Notes: generated from the sequence alone by a model not told the origin. Counted from the first letter of the whole stretch, positions 11,641-24,833 are shown. The stretch is 61,239 nucleotides of DNA, filler included, from Pirum gemmata (GCA_002812295.1; 16 parts of 16 records of this genome joined end to end with filler, not necessarily neighbours in it), one strand, 5' to 3'. Numbers and translations: made by a program.

Positions 11641-12218
11641 ACCAAGCACGACTAAAAGTCAGTTTTAAGTTGTGAAGTTGTGTACTAGCTGTTGTGAATC
11701 AGTATAGCCATAGGGGCGGCTACTAAGTATCTAGCTAGCTAGAAGATTCACCTACGTAGACAGATGCGTTTCTGGATTCCAACTTCTGGCTCTTTGTACT
11801 GGTTTCTGTTTTTTGATGTTGTGCTTTTGGTAAAGGAATCTGTAAAGACAGTCCCTAACACTAACAAGTTTCTCCCTAACCTTAAAAAAACTAACCCAGC
11901 TAGATTATTCTGAATTCCCAGCTTCTGGTTCTGACCTTCTGATTCGTGAGTCGATAAAGCATCCAAAAAATACCATGGGTAAATAAAGTATGAGTGTAAA
12001 GACCAATTTCCCAAATCAGAAGCCACCAAAACAGAAACAATGGTATTTTTGAATGATTTTCCAAACGAATAAGAAGCCTCAAAAGCACTACACCCACCAA
12101 CATACATCTAGCGGTCATCTAGAGTATACATATTAGTATTATNTGCTATTATTATTATTATTTTAATGTTAAGTTTTGTTAATAATATATTATTTCTATA
12201 TATATATTTATATCATAG

Positions 12219-12777
12219 GTCAGTAAAAACGAAACTTTGTTTAAGTCCTACCATATATGGAGATCAAAGCCGATAAGACCTGAATTTTTACAATTGTTTC
12301 GTGAAAATAGAAATACAGTTCCCTGTAGGTTATGCAATTATTTTGCTTACAAATACAAAAAACAAATTTATAAACGTAGAAGCTCTACATTTAATGGATT
12401 ACTGAACGAAAACATTCCTGGAATAGATAATGATGAACTTGAAGCCTTTTCTAAGTCAGAAAGTGATGATGGTAGTGAGCTTGATGGTATTGATAATATT
12501 AATAGTGACGTGGATGCTAATTCTAATACTGATATTGATTTTAATGAGAATATGGGCGAGGGTGTAGATGAGGGTGCAGATGAGGGTGTGGGTGAAGGTG
12601 AAAGTGAAGGTGAAGGTGAAGGTGAAGGTGAAAGTGAAGGTGAAGGTGAAAGTGAAAGTGAAGGTGAAGGTGAAGGTGAAGGTGAAGATGAAGGTGAAGG
12701 TGAAGGTGAAGGTGAAGGTGAAGGTGAAGGTGAAGGTGAAGGTGAAGGTGAAGGTGAAGGTGAAGGTGAAGGTGGGG

Positions 12778-12841
<64 letters not shown>

Positions 12842-13434
12842 AGGTGTGGGTGAGAGCTTGGACATTTTTGGAGATGGTGATGGTGGTAAAGCTGATGGTG
12901 TAGTTATTGATAGCGAGGGTGCGGTCGACGGTGATGCTGATGGTGGTAGTGGCGGTGATGCGGATGTGGATACGGATACGAATGGCGATGTTGATATTGA
13001 TGTTGATGTTGATGTTGATGCTGATGCTGATGCTGATGCTGATGCTGATGCTGATGCTGATGCTGATGCTGATGCTGATGCTGATGCTGATGCTGATGCT
13101 GATGCTGATGTTGATGCTGNNNNNNNNNNNNNNNNNNNNNNNNNNNNNNNNNNNNNNNNNNNNNNNNNNNNNNNNNNNNNNNNNNNNNNNNNNNNNNNNN
13201 NNNNNNNNNNNNNNNNNNNNNNNNNNNNNNNNNNNNNNNNNNNNNNNNNNNNNNNNNNNNNNNNNNNNNNNNNNNNNNNNNNNNNNNNNNNNNNNNNNNN
13301 NNNNNNNNNNTGGTGATGGTGATGGTGATGGTGACGGTGATGGTGATGGTGATGGTGATGGTGATGGTGATGGTGATGGTGATGGTGATGGTGATGGTGA
13401 TGGTGATGGTGATAATGATGGTGATGATAATTAA
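12219..13434 (+). CDS. Probable exon encoding a very acidic (GE)n/(DA)n/(DG)n repeat protein; spans an N gap
   Basis: tcatag acceptor near 12218; long open frame with a CRLC motif followed by hexamer-repeat-encoded acidic tracts. Confidence 0.45.
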
Positions 13435-13447
13435 TACAGTTTGGTGG

Positions 13448-13760
13448 TGATACTAGTAATATTAACATTGGTCCCTCAAGATCCTGAAAATCATCAAGAT
13501 CCTTAAGAACCTCAAAATCCTTAAACCAAAGCTGATGATACTAGTAATATTAACATTGGTCCCTCAAGATCCTGAAAATCATCAAGATCCTTAAGAACCT
13601 CAAAATCCTTAAAATCCTTAAAATTCTCAAAATCATCAAAAATGTTTAATAAGTCAATGGCAATATTGAGATGAATATTGAGATGAATATTGAGATGAAT
13701 ATTGAGATGAATATTGAGATGAATATTGAGATGAATATTGAGATGAATATTGAGATGAAT
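13448..13760. repeat. ~89-bp tandem duplication followed by a 12-mer (AATATTGAGATG)n minisatellite
   Basis: GATACTAGTAATATTAACATTGGTCCCTCAAGATCCTG... occurs twice; about 8 copies of the 12-mer. Confidence 0.9.
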
Positions 13761-14134
13761 GTACTTTAGTGGTTAGTGTGATGTTTTTTCTCGAGTTATT
13801 TTTATCCGATATATATATATTCTTGTTTAATGATTTTAAGCATTATTTAGTAAACCCTAAAAACACTATTTGACTTTCAAGATAGTTAATCGAATGTCTC
13901 CCACAAAAAAACTTCCAGAAAACTTGCTTACTTTTTAAATCCAAACAAGATTAAAGATAAGAGCATTATTTTTCTCATATGATTAAAATAATAAGTTGCT
14001 GGGATTTGTACCAACTGGACAGGGAAAAAATTGGACACACTAATTACATAGAAAAAGTTAGGTCATACTATTTACACACACACACACACAGAATACTAAT
14101 TTGTAGTTGATCTATAGAAATAGAAACATAGTTA

Positions 14135-14830
14135 CTGTTGGGAGTGGGGGGGAGGGGGAGGGTCTTTGTATAGTCATGGGAAAATGCTGCTAATATTTTT
14201 ATCAGTTTGATTATCATTTCTTCTATAAGTTACTGATATAAATTTGATAATTGATAATGTAAAGATCGAAAAAAAAATCACCCGAGTTTGATTCGATTTT
14301 GTTAAAAATGCAATATTTCAAGCTGAAGTTTAAAAATGAAGCAATTGTCAGAAAATTTTAAAACTATCATTTTTTTTGATATACAATTGTATGTGTTTCT
14401 GTTTATATGCATATGCTAGAATTTGGTGAAAAAAAAAGAGAATTTTGTAATCAATTCGAAATTGAATTTAATAATTAAGGAGCTCGAAAATAATTTAATT
14501 TTTTTTCGATTATTGATAGTTCCGTTGGGTGGAGGAGGGAGGGGGGTCTTTGTATGGGGGGGTCTTTGTATAATCACGACGGGCAAATGTAGCTTATATT
14601 TTTTATCAGTTTGATTATCGTTTCGACTATAAGTTAGTGATATATAAATTTGATAATTGATAATGTAAAGATCGAAAAAAAATTCATCCGAGTTTGATTC
14701 GATTTTGTCAAAAATGTAATATTTCAAACTGGAGTTTATAAATGAAGCAATTGTTTGAAATTTTAAAACTATCATTTATTTATATATATACAATTATATG
14801 TGTTTCTGTTTATGCATATGTCTAGAGTTC
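14135..14830 (+). repeat. Diverged tandem duplication with a ~390-420-bp period
   Basis: GGGTCTTTGTATA...TTTTTATCAGTTTGATTATC...GATAATTGATAATGTAAAGATCGAAAAAAAA...TGTGTTTCTGTTTAT occurs twice. Confidence 0.9.
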
Positions 14831-15133
14831 GCTGAAAAAAAAAAAATGGCGAATTTTCTTATCAGTTTGAAATTCAATTTAACATTCATATATTTTATTT
14901 TTGTTCATAACTATTTTTTCGAACTTTTAACAAAAATTAGAATTTTCTTCGCAAGCTCAAATATATTCTATAATCTACGGTATATAACAGTCTGCGGGAA
15001 CAAGTGAATCTTCTTACCAGTTCGATATTCAATTCAACCATAAACTCGAAAATGATCATTGATATTTTTTTCAATTATTATTAAATCCATATATATATTT
15101 TTTAAAAAATGATATATATATATATAAAATAAA

Positions 15134-15563
15134 ATGACCGAATATTTAACCACGTCTAACGAAAACAGATTTTCGTTATTTCCCATTGAACACAGCGACA
15201 TTTGGGAGAAATATAATCAACACAAACAGCCGTCCTTGAAGAGCGGAATTTTGTAAAAAAAAAATAAAAAAGTTTTTTTATTTATATATTTTAAAAAAAA
15301 TGATTATTATATATATAAAGATATAATTATGATAAAATTAGAATATTTTTGAATAATTAAAATTACATTGTCCCTCACCTCTTCTATCACTATGGAATGA
15401 AATCTCCGTTATTGTAATTTTTAAGTCGGTGCAGTGCTTCGATAAAAAAATAGTCGGCATAAACAATATTGCTATTCACTTGCCTATTTTTTCTATTATT
15501 GATAATAAATTAGAAATTAGAATAATTCTTGAAAATGTTTTCGTTTATTTTAATAAAAATGTA
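15134..15563 (+). pseudogene. Degenerate N-terminal portion of a class Ia ribonucleotide reductase small (beta) subunit
   Basis: Hand translation gives MTEYLTTSNENRFSLFPIEHSDIWEKYNQHKQ, then a shifted *RAEF, later LLSLWNEIS and SLAYF/SIID...IILENV, in the order of the RNR-beta pattern RFVxFPIxxxDIWxxYK...FWxAEE...W...LAFFAxSDGIVxENL. Confidence 0.65.
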
Positions 15564-15591
15564 ATATTATTATTATTACTACTACTACTAT

Positions 15592-15637
<46 letters not shown>

Positions 15638-16763
15638 GCTATTACTATTACTATTACTATTACTATTACTATTACTACTACTATTACTACTACTACTACT
15701 ACTACTANNNNNNNNNNNNNNNNNNNNNNNNNNNNNNNNNNNNNNNNNNNNTTAATTAATTAANNNNNNNNNNNNNNNNNNNNNNNNNNNNNNNNNNNNN
15801 NNNNNNNCCTAACCCTAACCCTAACCCTTAACCCTAACCCTAACCCTAACCTTAACCCTAATCCTAATCCTAACCCTATCCCTGAACTAAAAGACTTAGT
15901 AAAGTTTCGCATTTTTACTAGTTTTTTTTTTCTTTTTTTTGCAAAGCAAATAAGCATTGGTGAAATTAACATTAGGTTGAAATAATTAAATGTTTAATTG
16001 TACATTGGAATCATGAACTGTGTGTAATTAAAATTTTTAGAAATCGATACCGTACTTTCGTATACATTCTATAGAAATACAACATCACGAAGCACGTACG
16101 TATATTGGTTCCAGTTAATTGCAACATAGACATGTTGTAGCGCTAATAATAATAATTGTTTATTGGATTACTGTGTGATAAGGATAGTTTATTGTTGTTG
16201 TGGTCTATACTATTATTTTGGTATAAATAGCTATGATTATTGTTTCTATTTTGTTGCTATTGTTGTTGGGTATTCGCGTTGATTTGTGGTAGTACTATCA
16301 TCTATTATAGTTTTAGTATTAAATTTTGCTGCTGTTGCTGTTGCTGCTACACTGGTTGGTTTTATTGTGGCTGTTACTCTATTGCTATCATTGTCATGAT
16401 TGCTGAAGGTCAATTGTTGCTGTTATTAAAACTGTTGATTGTATTACATTGTCCATTAATAGGGGGCTGTATGTATCTGTTTTAAGAAACAATGTGCTTT
16501 TAATTGGTCCCGATTGGGCCCATTCGGCGAGTAATAATAATAATAATCAATACTAATTTATAGTAATACTAATAGTAATAATATATATAAATATAATAGT
16601 TTTGTTATTATTCTGAACATGTAATTCAATCTAGAAGGGTATTTTTGTCAACTAAGGCATCTAGATTGGTATATTAAACTCTTTAATCGAAAAATGCATT
16701 TTTATTTATTATATCTATTTATTATATTTACTTATATATAGTTTATTTATCCAATTGCAAAAG

Positions 16764-19010
16764 TTATATAACTTTCCAAACATAAGAGCCTGGATGATAA
16801 CACAACGCTAATTTTTCCATAAACTTATTGTTAATATCAAAGTTAGGTTCTTTTAGTTGAACTAACAATTTCTTACTAATGTTTTGATATTGCAATTTAG
16901 TTTGATATTCTTCTGAAATAAGTTTGATAAACCCATATCGAGATTCTTCCTTTTCTTTTAACTTGATTATAATACCACCAACTTTTTTATCATCATTATT
17001 ATGCTTTTGTTTTAAATCCTCATGCTGTTGTTGTAAAGTATTATGTTTCTTGTTAATTGATTCATTTTTTAATTCGATCACTTCCTTTTGTTTTTGTAAT
17101 AAATCATTTTTAGTTGGTAAAAATTCAATTTTTTCTTGCATAGTTTTGTCATTATTCTTATCAGTTTCTTCGTATTTCTTGTTATCCGTTTTGGGTTTTG
17201 ATTTTTGTGATTCTAAAATTATTTCAACTATGTCTGTATGTCCCTCTTCAGTAGCTATATCAAGTGCTGTCTTTCCAAAACAGCTTACACTGTTAACTTC
17301 AGCTTTACAATTCAAAATTAAAAATTTTACAACTTCTAAATGTCCATTTTTTGAAGCTGAATAAAGTGGTGAACATCCAAAATCGCTTGCCTTGTTAATA
17401 TTGGCTTTACCATTCAAAATTAAAAATTTTACAACTTCTAAATGACCATAACGTGAAGCTGAAAAAAGTGGAGTCTGTCCATAATTGTTTGCCTTGTTCA
17501 CCTCAGCTTTACCTTTCAAAATTAAAAATTTTACAACTTCTAAATGACCTTGAAGTGAAGCTAAAATAAGTGGTGTCATTCTATCATTAGCTGCCCTATT
17601 AACATTAGCTTTATCATGCAAAATTAAAAAATTTACAACTTCTAATTGTCCATGAAATGAAGCTGAATCAAGTGGTGTCCATCCATTATTGGCTGCTTTA
17701 TTAACATCAGCTTTACCATTCAAAATTAAAAATTTTACAACTTCTAAATGACCTCTTTGTGAAGCTGAATAAAGTGGTGTCTTTCCATCATTGTTGGCCT
17801 TGTTGACATTAGCTTTGCCATTCAAAATTAAAAATTTTACAACTTCTAAATGTCCATTAAGTGAAGCTGAATTAAGTGGTGTCCATCCATCAATATCCTT
17901 ATTAATAATATCTTTATCATCTTGTTCGCTTTGTTCTATATCATTATCATTATCATTTTCATTATCTAAATTTATACCAGAATCACGTTTTCTCTCTTTT
18001 TTAAGTTTTTGCTGTGTTTTTTTCAATTCATTTTTGAGTTCAGTAATTTTCATCTCGTGTTCTTCTTTTAATAAAGCAATGGTTTCTATTTTTACTTGTA
18101 ATAATTTTTTTGCCACTAACCATTCTTTTTCTGAAACTTTGTTATATTTCTTGTTATTAATTGATTCATTTTGTAATTCGGCTTCTTCGGTTTCTTCCTT
18201 TTGTTTTTGTAATAAATCATTTTTTGTTTGTAAAAATTCAATTTTTTCTTGCATAGTTTTGTCTTTATTCTTATCAGTTTCTTCGTATTTCTTGTTATCC
18301 GTTTTGCTTTTTGATTTTTGTGATTCTAAAATTACTTCAACTATATCTGTATGTCCCTTTTCAGTAGCTATATCAAGTGGTGTCTTTCCATAAGTGGTTG
18401 CCTTATTAACATTGGCTTCACCATTCAAAATTAAAAATTTTACAACTTCTAAATGTCCATCAAATGAAGCTGAAAAAAGTGGTGTCCATCCAATATTCTC
18501 TGCCCTGTTAACCTCAGCTTTACCATTCAAAATTAAAAATTTTACAACTTCTAAATGACCATTAAATGAAGCTGAAAAAAGTGGTGTCCATCCATCATTG
18601 TCTGCCTTATTAACATCGGCTTTACCATTCCAAATTAAACATTTTACAACTTCTAAATGACCAAAACGTGAAGCTATATAAAGTGCTGTCTTTCCATCAT
18701 TGTTTGCCTCATTAATATCAACTTGGCCATTTAAAATTAAAAAGTTTACAACTTCTAAATGACCATTATCTGAAGCTGTATAAAGTGGTGTACATCCATT
18801 ATTGTCTGCTTTATTACCATCGGCTTTACCATTCAAAATTAAACATTTTACCACTTCTAAACGACCAAAACGTGAAGCTATATAAAGTGGCGTCTTTCCT
18901 TCATTGTTTGACTCATTAATAATATTATCAACTTGGCCATTCAAAATTAACTTTTTTACAATTTCTATATGGCCAAATCTTGAAGCATGATAAAGTGATT
19001 GAAAACTCAT
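16764..19010 (-). CDS. Intronless 748-aa ankyrin-repeat protein with two ankyrin blocks, each followed by a coiled coil
   Basis: About 14 repeats of GxTPLxxASxxGHLEVVKFLILNGKAxVNxA. Confidence 0.95.
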   Translation of the reverse strand: MSFQSLYHASRFGHIEIVKKLILNGQVDNIINESNNEGKTPLYIASRFGRLEVVKCLILNGKADGNKADNNGCTPLYTASDNGHLEVVNFLILNGQVDINEANNDGKTALYIASRFGHLEVVKCLIWNGKADVNKADNDGWTPLFSASFNGHLEVVKFLILNGKAEVNRAENIGWTPLFSASFDGHLEVVKFLILNGEANVNKATTYGKTPLDIATEKGHTDIVEVILESQKSKSKTDNKKYEETDKNKDKTMQEKIEFLQTKNDLLQKQKEETEEAELQNESINNKKYNKVSEKEWLVAKKLLQVKIETIALLKEEHEMKITELKNELKKTQQKLKKERKRDSGINLDNENDNDNDIEQSEQDDKDIINKDIDGWTPLNSASLNGHLEVVKFLILNGKANVNKANNDGKTPLYSASQRGHLEVVKFLILNGKADVNKAANNGWTPLDSASFHGQLEVVNFLILHDKANVNRAANDRMTPLILASLQGHLEVVKFLILKGKAEVNKANNYGQTPLFSASRYGHLEVVKFLILNGKANINKASDFGCSPLYSASKNGHLEVVKFLILNCKAEVNSVSCFGKTALDIATEEGHTDIVEIILESQKSKPKTDNKKYEETDKNNDKTMQEKIEFLPTKNDLLQKQKEVIELKNESINKKHNTLQQQHEDLKQKHNNDDKKVGGIIIKLKEKEESRYGFIKLISEEYQTKLQYQNISKKLLVQLKEPNFDINNKFMEKLALCYHPGSYVWKVI

Positions 19011-19905
19011 TTTAAAATTAAAAATTTAATAATATAATTTTATTACTAGTACTAATAATAATGTAATTAATTGTGTTATTGATGGTAATGATATCGACTA
19101 GTAATAGGAAATGATATTAAATTTAAATTATATTTTAAAATTAAAATTAATTATAAATATATGAATTTTAAAGGTTGAAATTGATAAATGAAAAGAATAA
19201 AAAAAATAAAATAAAATAACAAAACGAATTTTACTTTATTATATATTATTTTGTAGTTAGGTTTATATATGCATTTATTTTCTAAAGAGAATGCAAAAAT
19301 GTAAAGAATACAATAATTATTATTTTTCTATTATTTTTTTTACACAGAAAAATTAATATAAAACAACTAATCAAATTTTAGAAAATGTTTGTAAGTAAAG
19401 TTCGGCATTGTGATTAGTTTAAAAAACAAAGCAAAATGAAAACAACCAATCAAAATGTTTTGTGAAGTTGTGATTCATTATTATTATTATTATTATTNNN
19501 NNNNNNNNNNNNNNNNNNNNNNNNNNNNNNNNNNNNNNNNNTTAATTAATTAANNNNNNNNNNNNNNNNNNNNNNNNNNNNNNNNNNNNNNNNNNNNATT
19601 TTATGACGACAAAATAACTGAAAAGCACGATAAATTACCGAGTCTAGCAAAATAACAATCTAAAGAGTTAAAATGGCATTCTATCAGTCTGAAGTTGAAA
19701 AAAGCCTTAGTTTACAAACATTTCGAACTTTCTTTTAAAAAAAAAATCCTGTTCGTATTAATACAAACATATTGTTTACAATAAATGATTGCCGAAAGGC
19801 CGAAAATGGTTCAAGTTTTCAAGCCCCTTTTTCCACAAGGAATTCAAGAAAAAAAAAATTCTAAACATGTCGCTCATATGTATTAATGTAATCTGATATT
19901 GTTTA

Positions 19906-19984
19906 CCTAACCCTAGTTATAACCCTAACCCTAACCCTAACCCTAACCCTAACCCTAACCCTAACCCTAACCCTAACCCTAACC
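19906..19984 (-). repeat. Interstitial (CCCTAA)n array
   Basis: About 10 perfect units with non-telomeric flanks. Confidence 0.95.
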
Positions 19985-20004
19985 ATACTTAATTTATTAT
20001 TTAA

Positions 20005-20175
20005 TGTGCTTTTCGTTTATTTTGTCACCCTGAATATTTTTTTGGTATGCTATAACCTATTTTTAAATGAATAAATAGATAATAAAATGTAGCAAATTAA
20101 ATTAAATGGGTTTCTATTGTATTAATTTGGTACTCTATTGTAATTTTTATGAATGACAAAACAACTGAGAAGCAC
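20005..20175 (+). mobile_element. MITE family A copy
   Basis: TGTGCTTTTCGTTTATTTTGTC...GACAAAACAACTGAGAAGCAC; interior shared with the other family A copies. Confidence 0.85.
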
Positions 20176-20425
20176 TGCACTATATACAATCATGTTATGA
20201 TAAAACTTTAGAAAAAATACTTTATTTTCAATAAGCTGTTTCACAAGTGGTGAGTATCACTACTCCATTGTGAATTTGTATATAATATATATGTATATTA
20301 TATTATATATAAAAAATAATAATATTATTAATAATAATAAAATTGTTTTGATTTATTATATATGTATGTATGTATATATAGTTATATATACTACTACTAC
20401 TGCTACTACTACTACTACTACTGCA

Positions 20426-20459
<34 letters not shown>

Positions 20460-20555
20460 TTACTACTACTACTATTAATACTACTACTACTACTAATACT
20501 ACTACTACTGCTACTACTAATATAATACTACTATTTTTGTACATTACTACTACCA

Positions 20556-20606
<51 letters not shown>

Positions 20607-20803
20607 TTGCTACTACTACTACTACTATATAAATATATTAATATTATATTATTGTATTACTGTTGATTTATTATATATTATATTATGCTGTTGTTATTAA
20701 TCATGGATGGTATGAATCAATCATTTGGATTATTATCGATATCTTTTAATGTAGGTAGATAATATTATATATTAGCCTCTCTTCTCGAGCTCTAAACAAC
20801 TTT

Positions 20804-21025
20804 CCCTAACCCTAACCCTAACCCTAACCCTAACCCTAACCCTAACCCTAACCCTAACCCTAACCCTAACCCTATCCCTATCCCTATCCCTATAGCCTGT
20901 ACGACATAGCCCTGACCGGGTACCCTGACTCTGACCCTAACCCTAGCTTGACCCCAATCCTAAATCTAACCCTGACTCTAACTAATGTTAACACTAAGTC
21001 TTGTTGACCCTAACCTTAACCCTAT
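20804..21025 (-). repeat. Interstitial (CCCTAA)n array grading into CCCTAT/CCCTGA variants
   Basis: About 12 perfect units followed by degenerate units. Confidence 0.9.
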
Positions 21026-21607
21026 AATCCTGGGAAACGGCCTAAAAACTGGGGGAAAAGACATAATTTGAAAAGGCAAAAAAAAAAACAGAAAAACAAA
21101 AACTACCGGTGTACCCGTAGACGAGTCCCGTAGTGCTTTAGAGTACCAAATTAATACAATACAAATCCATTTACTTTAAGTTAGTATATTTTACAATCTA
21201 TTTATTCATTAAAAAATGTCAACTTTAAAGTGTATAACCTACCAAATAATATTCAGAGTGACAAAACAAGACCAAAAAAAAATGTTTTCAAATTCCGTTC
21301 GAAAGAAATAAAATTTTACTTTTTTTTTAGCTTCTTGTTTGAATATTCAACAATGACAAATTCAACATCAACATTATAAACCTTTAGAAACCAAAGCTCA
21401 TAAAACAGCATCAACATCAACATCAACAACTATAGCGCGCTTTTCATTTATTTTGTCACTCCGAATATTTATTTGGTTGGTTATAACTTTTTAATTGTCA
21501 TTATTAAATGAATAAATGGATAATAAAATAACTATAAAATATACCAAATTAAATGAAATGGATTTATAATGTATTAATTGGTACTCTTTATTGTATATTT
21601 TATGATG

Positions 21608-22131
<524 letters not shown>

Positions 22132-22445
22132 AATGACAAAACCACTGAAAAGCTCGTACGATAACATACTTGGTTTTTTTTTTTTTTTTTTTTTAAACTA
22201 AACTTATCATACCAAGCAGAATAAAAATGGCGACATCCACCATATGAGCTTAAAAATCCAAAAAAAATTCAAAATGATCCAATTTTAATAAAAGTAATAC
22301 CAAATTTTGATAAATCATTTAACTAATAAAACTGTATTATGAACCAATTTCTAGTTTTTAAAAATAATTTGGCTAGCTAGCATAAAAGGTTTTTAGAAAT
22401 GAAGTCTAAAAAAAAAAAGTTTCTACAGTTTTATCCGACTTGGCT

Positions 22446-22478
<33 letters not shown>

Positions 22479-23145
22479 CATTTCGTCAACCAACAACACT
22501 GACACAATACAATACAACAACAATACTCTTTTAATTAACTACTCTTTTCATCAAGTCAAGGAGTCAAATATTATACACCAATTTTTCAGGGTTTCCTAAT
22601 TAATTTTAAAAATAAGGTAAGGGTTTAGGTAGGGTTTAGGGGTAAAAAAAATAATAATAAATAAAGCTTTTAAAAACAACTCAAACTTTTAAGTGTACAG
22701 TTCAGGTGTACAGTTTTCAATTTATTATTAACACTAGTACTTATAAATATCATACCACTTTACACTTACTTCTGTCATAGTGATAGGACTAATAGTAGTG
22801 ATATCGATACTTTGATATTTGAAGAATGAACATTCGAAAGTTCAAAAGTTCAGTTCAAACTTCAAAAGTAATCACAGTACGTCGCCATAGCAACGAAATT
22901 GAACATTCTATTGGTCAATTTAGGTAATGCGCAGGAAAAAGCGCAGCTCGAACAAGCTCGATTTTTTTTATTAAAAAAATTATGATCGACATTATAATCA
23001 TCCAATTTGACCCGAAATTTCGGATTTTTTGTTGAGATCTCCTTACAATGCTAAGGTAGTTACTAATAGTTACTATCAAAGTCTTCAATACTCTATCAAT
23101 AACCCTTTTCTTTAGACCCTTTTTTTTTTATGTATTAAAATAGTA

Positions 23146-23277
23146 CCCCTAACCCTAACCCTAACCCTAACCCTAACCCTAACCCTAACCCTAACCCTAA
23201 CCCTAACCCCTAACCTTACCCCTACCTCTAACCCTAACCCTAACCCTAACCCCTAACTTTACCCCTACCTCTAACCC
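23146..23277 (-). repeat. (CCCTAA)n array at the contig end
   Basis: Orientation is opposite to that of a true right-hand telomere. Confidence 0.9.
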
Positions 23278-23378
23278 NNNNNNNNNNNNNNNNNNNNNNN
23301 NNNNNNNNNNNNNNNNNNNNNTTAATTAATTAANNNNNNNNNNNNNNNNNNNNNNNNNNNNNNNNNNNNNNNNNNNNA

Positions 23379-23873
23379 ACACTTCATAATAGAACTTGTG
23401 AAACTTGTGGTTACTACTCTACTTCAATAGTGAATAAGGCTAAACATAAAGCTGCTTGTCATAGAATTAGTGAAAATGTAAGTACTGATGAGGTATTGTC
23501 TATAATTAACGAAACCGTAAAAGAAACACTTCTAGACTATTTCCATGATTTTGACCCTAGCTTTACAAGTGCAACTAAACTTGTGACTATAAGAGAACGC
23601 AACCACAGAGATAATAGAGAAGTTTATTGTACTTATGGTATGGCGTCTGCTTGGGTTCCTTTTCTGTTGGTGCCAGAGAAATCGATGTACGATATGAGGA
23701 AAGCAATTAAAGAAAGAAGAAAGCAAAGAAAAGCCGATAGACTGAATAATGAAGCAGCAAAGGGTACTGCTGGATATGAATCTATTCCTAATTTCGTTAA
23801 CATTAACACTCTTGAAAACTTCTGGACGTTGAATATGGACGTGCCACAGGATCATTGGAGACCTTGGGAATAA
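23379..23873 (+). CDS. C-terminal part of a probable Zator-superfamily transposase (5' end truncated by the contig start)
   Basis: Frame is open from the contig start: LHNRTCETCGYYSTSIVNKAKHKAACH (C2H2-type finger) ...PWE*; a GGGAGC-type right TIR follows about 330 bp downstream. Confidence 0.65.
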   Translation, partial: TLHNRTCETCGYYSTSIVNKAKHKAACHRISENVSTDEVLSIINETVKETLLDYFHDFDPSFTSATKLVTIRERNHRDNREVYCTYGMASAWVPFLLVPEKSMYDMRKAIKERRKQRKADRLNNEAAKGTAGYESIPNFVNINTLENFWTLNMDVPQDHWRPWE

Positions 23874-24089
23874 CTTATTGATTCGAGTTGTTCATTATTT
23901 ATTGTAAAATATAAAGCAAATGATATTGTATATATAAAAGGTATTTTGATAAAAGAATACGATTGTGGATAACATTTTTAATATGACATATTGTTAAAAA
24001 TACTAAAAGAAGTTCAATAAAGCTAAAATAAACTTATGTATGAATTTTTTGTTCTTTTACTTGGTTTTTTTCGTTTTTTTGAGCATTTA

Positions 24090-24232
24090 GGTAATTTGGG
24101 GTACTATTTTTTCCAAATCGTTACGTCATAAGGGGTAGATAGTCCTTCTCAAACGTTACAAGGCCGTTACACGGGGGGTAGTAGGGTAGGTTTTTGTCCC
24201 AAAACGGCGTTACGTAATTATTGAACGCTCCC
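24090..24232 (+). mobile_element. Right subterminal region and TIR of the putative autonomous Zator-like element
   Basis: GCGTTACGTAATTATTGAACGCTCCC ends at 24232; about 140 bp closely match the right end of the MITE at 32366-32647. Confidence 0.85.
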
Positions 24233-24504
24233 TTGTCACTTCTTCAACGTTTAGCAGTCTTCCTTGTTAGCTAGCTGATAGTGTGTTTAGGTGCTATCGA
24301 TACTATCGAATAAGGGTTAGGAGGGTTAGGGCAAAGTTCTAAAGGGCTATCCCGAATTCCCGATAAAAAATGGGGTTAGTGACGTTTAATAAAAATGTAC
24401 ATATGATAATATTATGATAATAGTCCAGTATGATAGTCTAGCTAGCTACTAGCTAGTCTAGCTGGTTGGGTTGGGTTTAAAAGTTATTGATATCATATGG
24501 GTCA

Positions 24505-24660
24505 CGGGTTAGGGTTAGGGGTTACGGGTTACGGGTTACGGGTTAGGGGTTATAGGTTACGGGCTACGGGTTAGGAGTTAGGGGTTAAGGGTTAAAAGGG
24601 TTAAGGGTTAGGGGTTAGGGGTTATAGGTTACGGGTTGGGGATTAAGGTTAGAGGTTAGA
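24505..24660 (+). repeat. Degenerate telomeric-like array (GGGTTA/GGGTTAC/GGGGTTA)
   Basis: Mixed 6-8-mer variants. Confidence 0.85.
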
Positions 24661-24833
24661 GTTCTCTTTCGAAAGAATTGTTTTGGAGGTTAGTTAGGGT
24701 TAGTCTCTAGCTAGCTAGCTAGAGCGTAGGGTTTGGGGCTTTGAGCTTCTAATAATTGTAGTCGGTTCAGAGGGAAAATCCAGCTGAAAACCCCTGAAAA
24801 CACTCTGGAACCAGGAACCCACAAAAAGGTCAA

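Noticed and set aside
11748..12118. Minus-strand ORFs of 119 and 72 aa
   Set aside because: No recognisable motif or splice support
16200..16530. Apparent in-frame TAA/TAG among Gln codons on the minus strand, suggesting an alternative genetic code
   Set aside because: Another frame reads through most of it, and long ORFs elsewhere end normally in TAA with no internal stops
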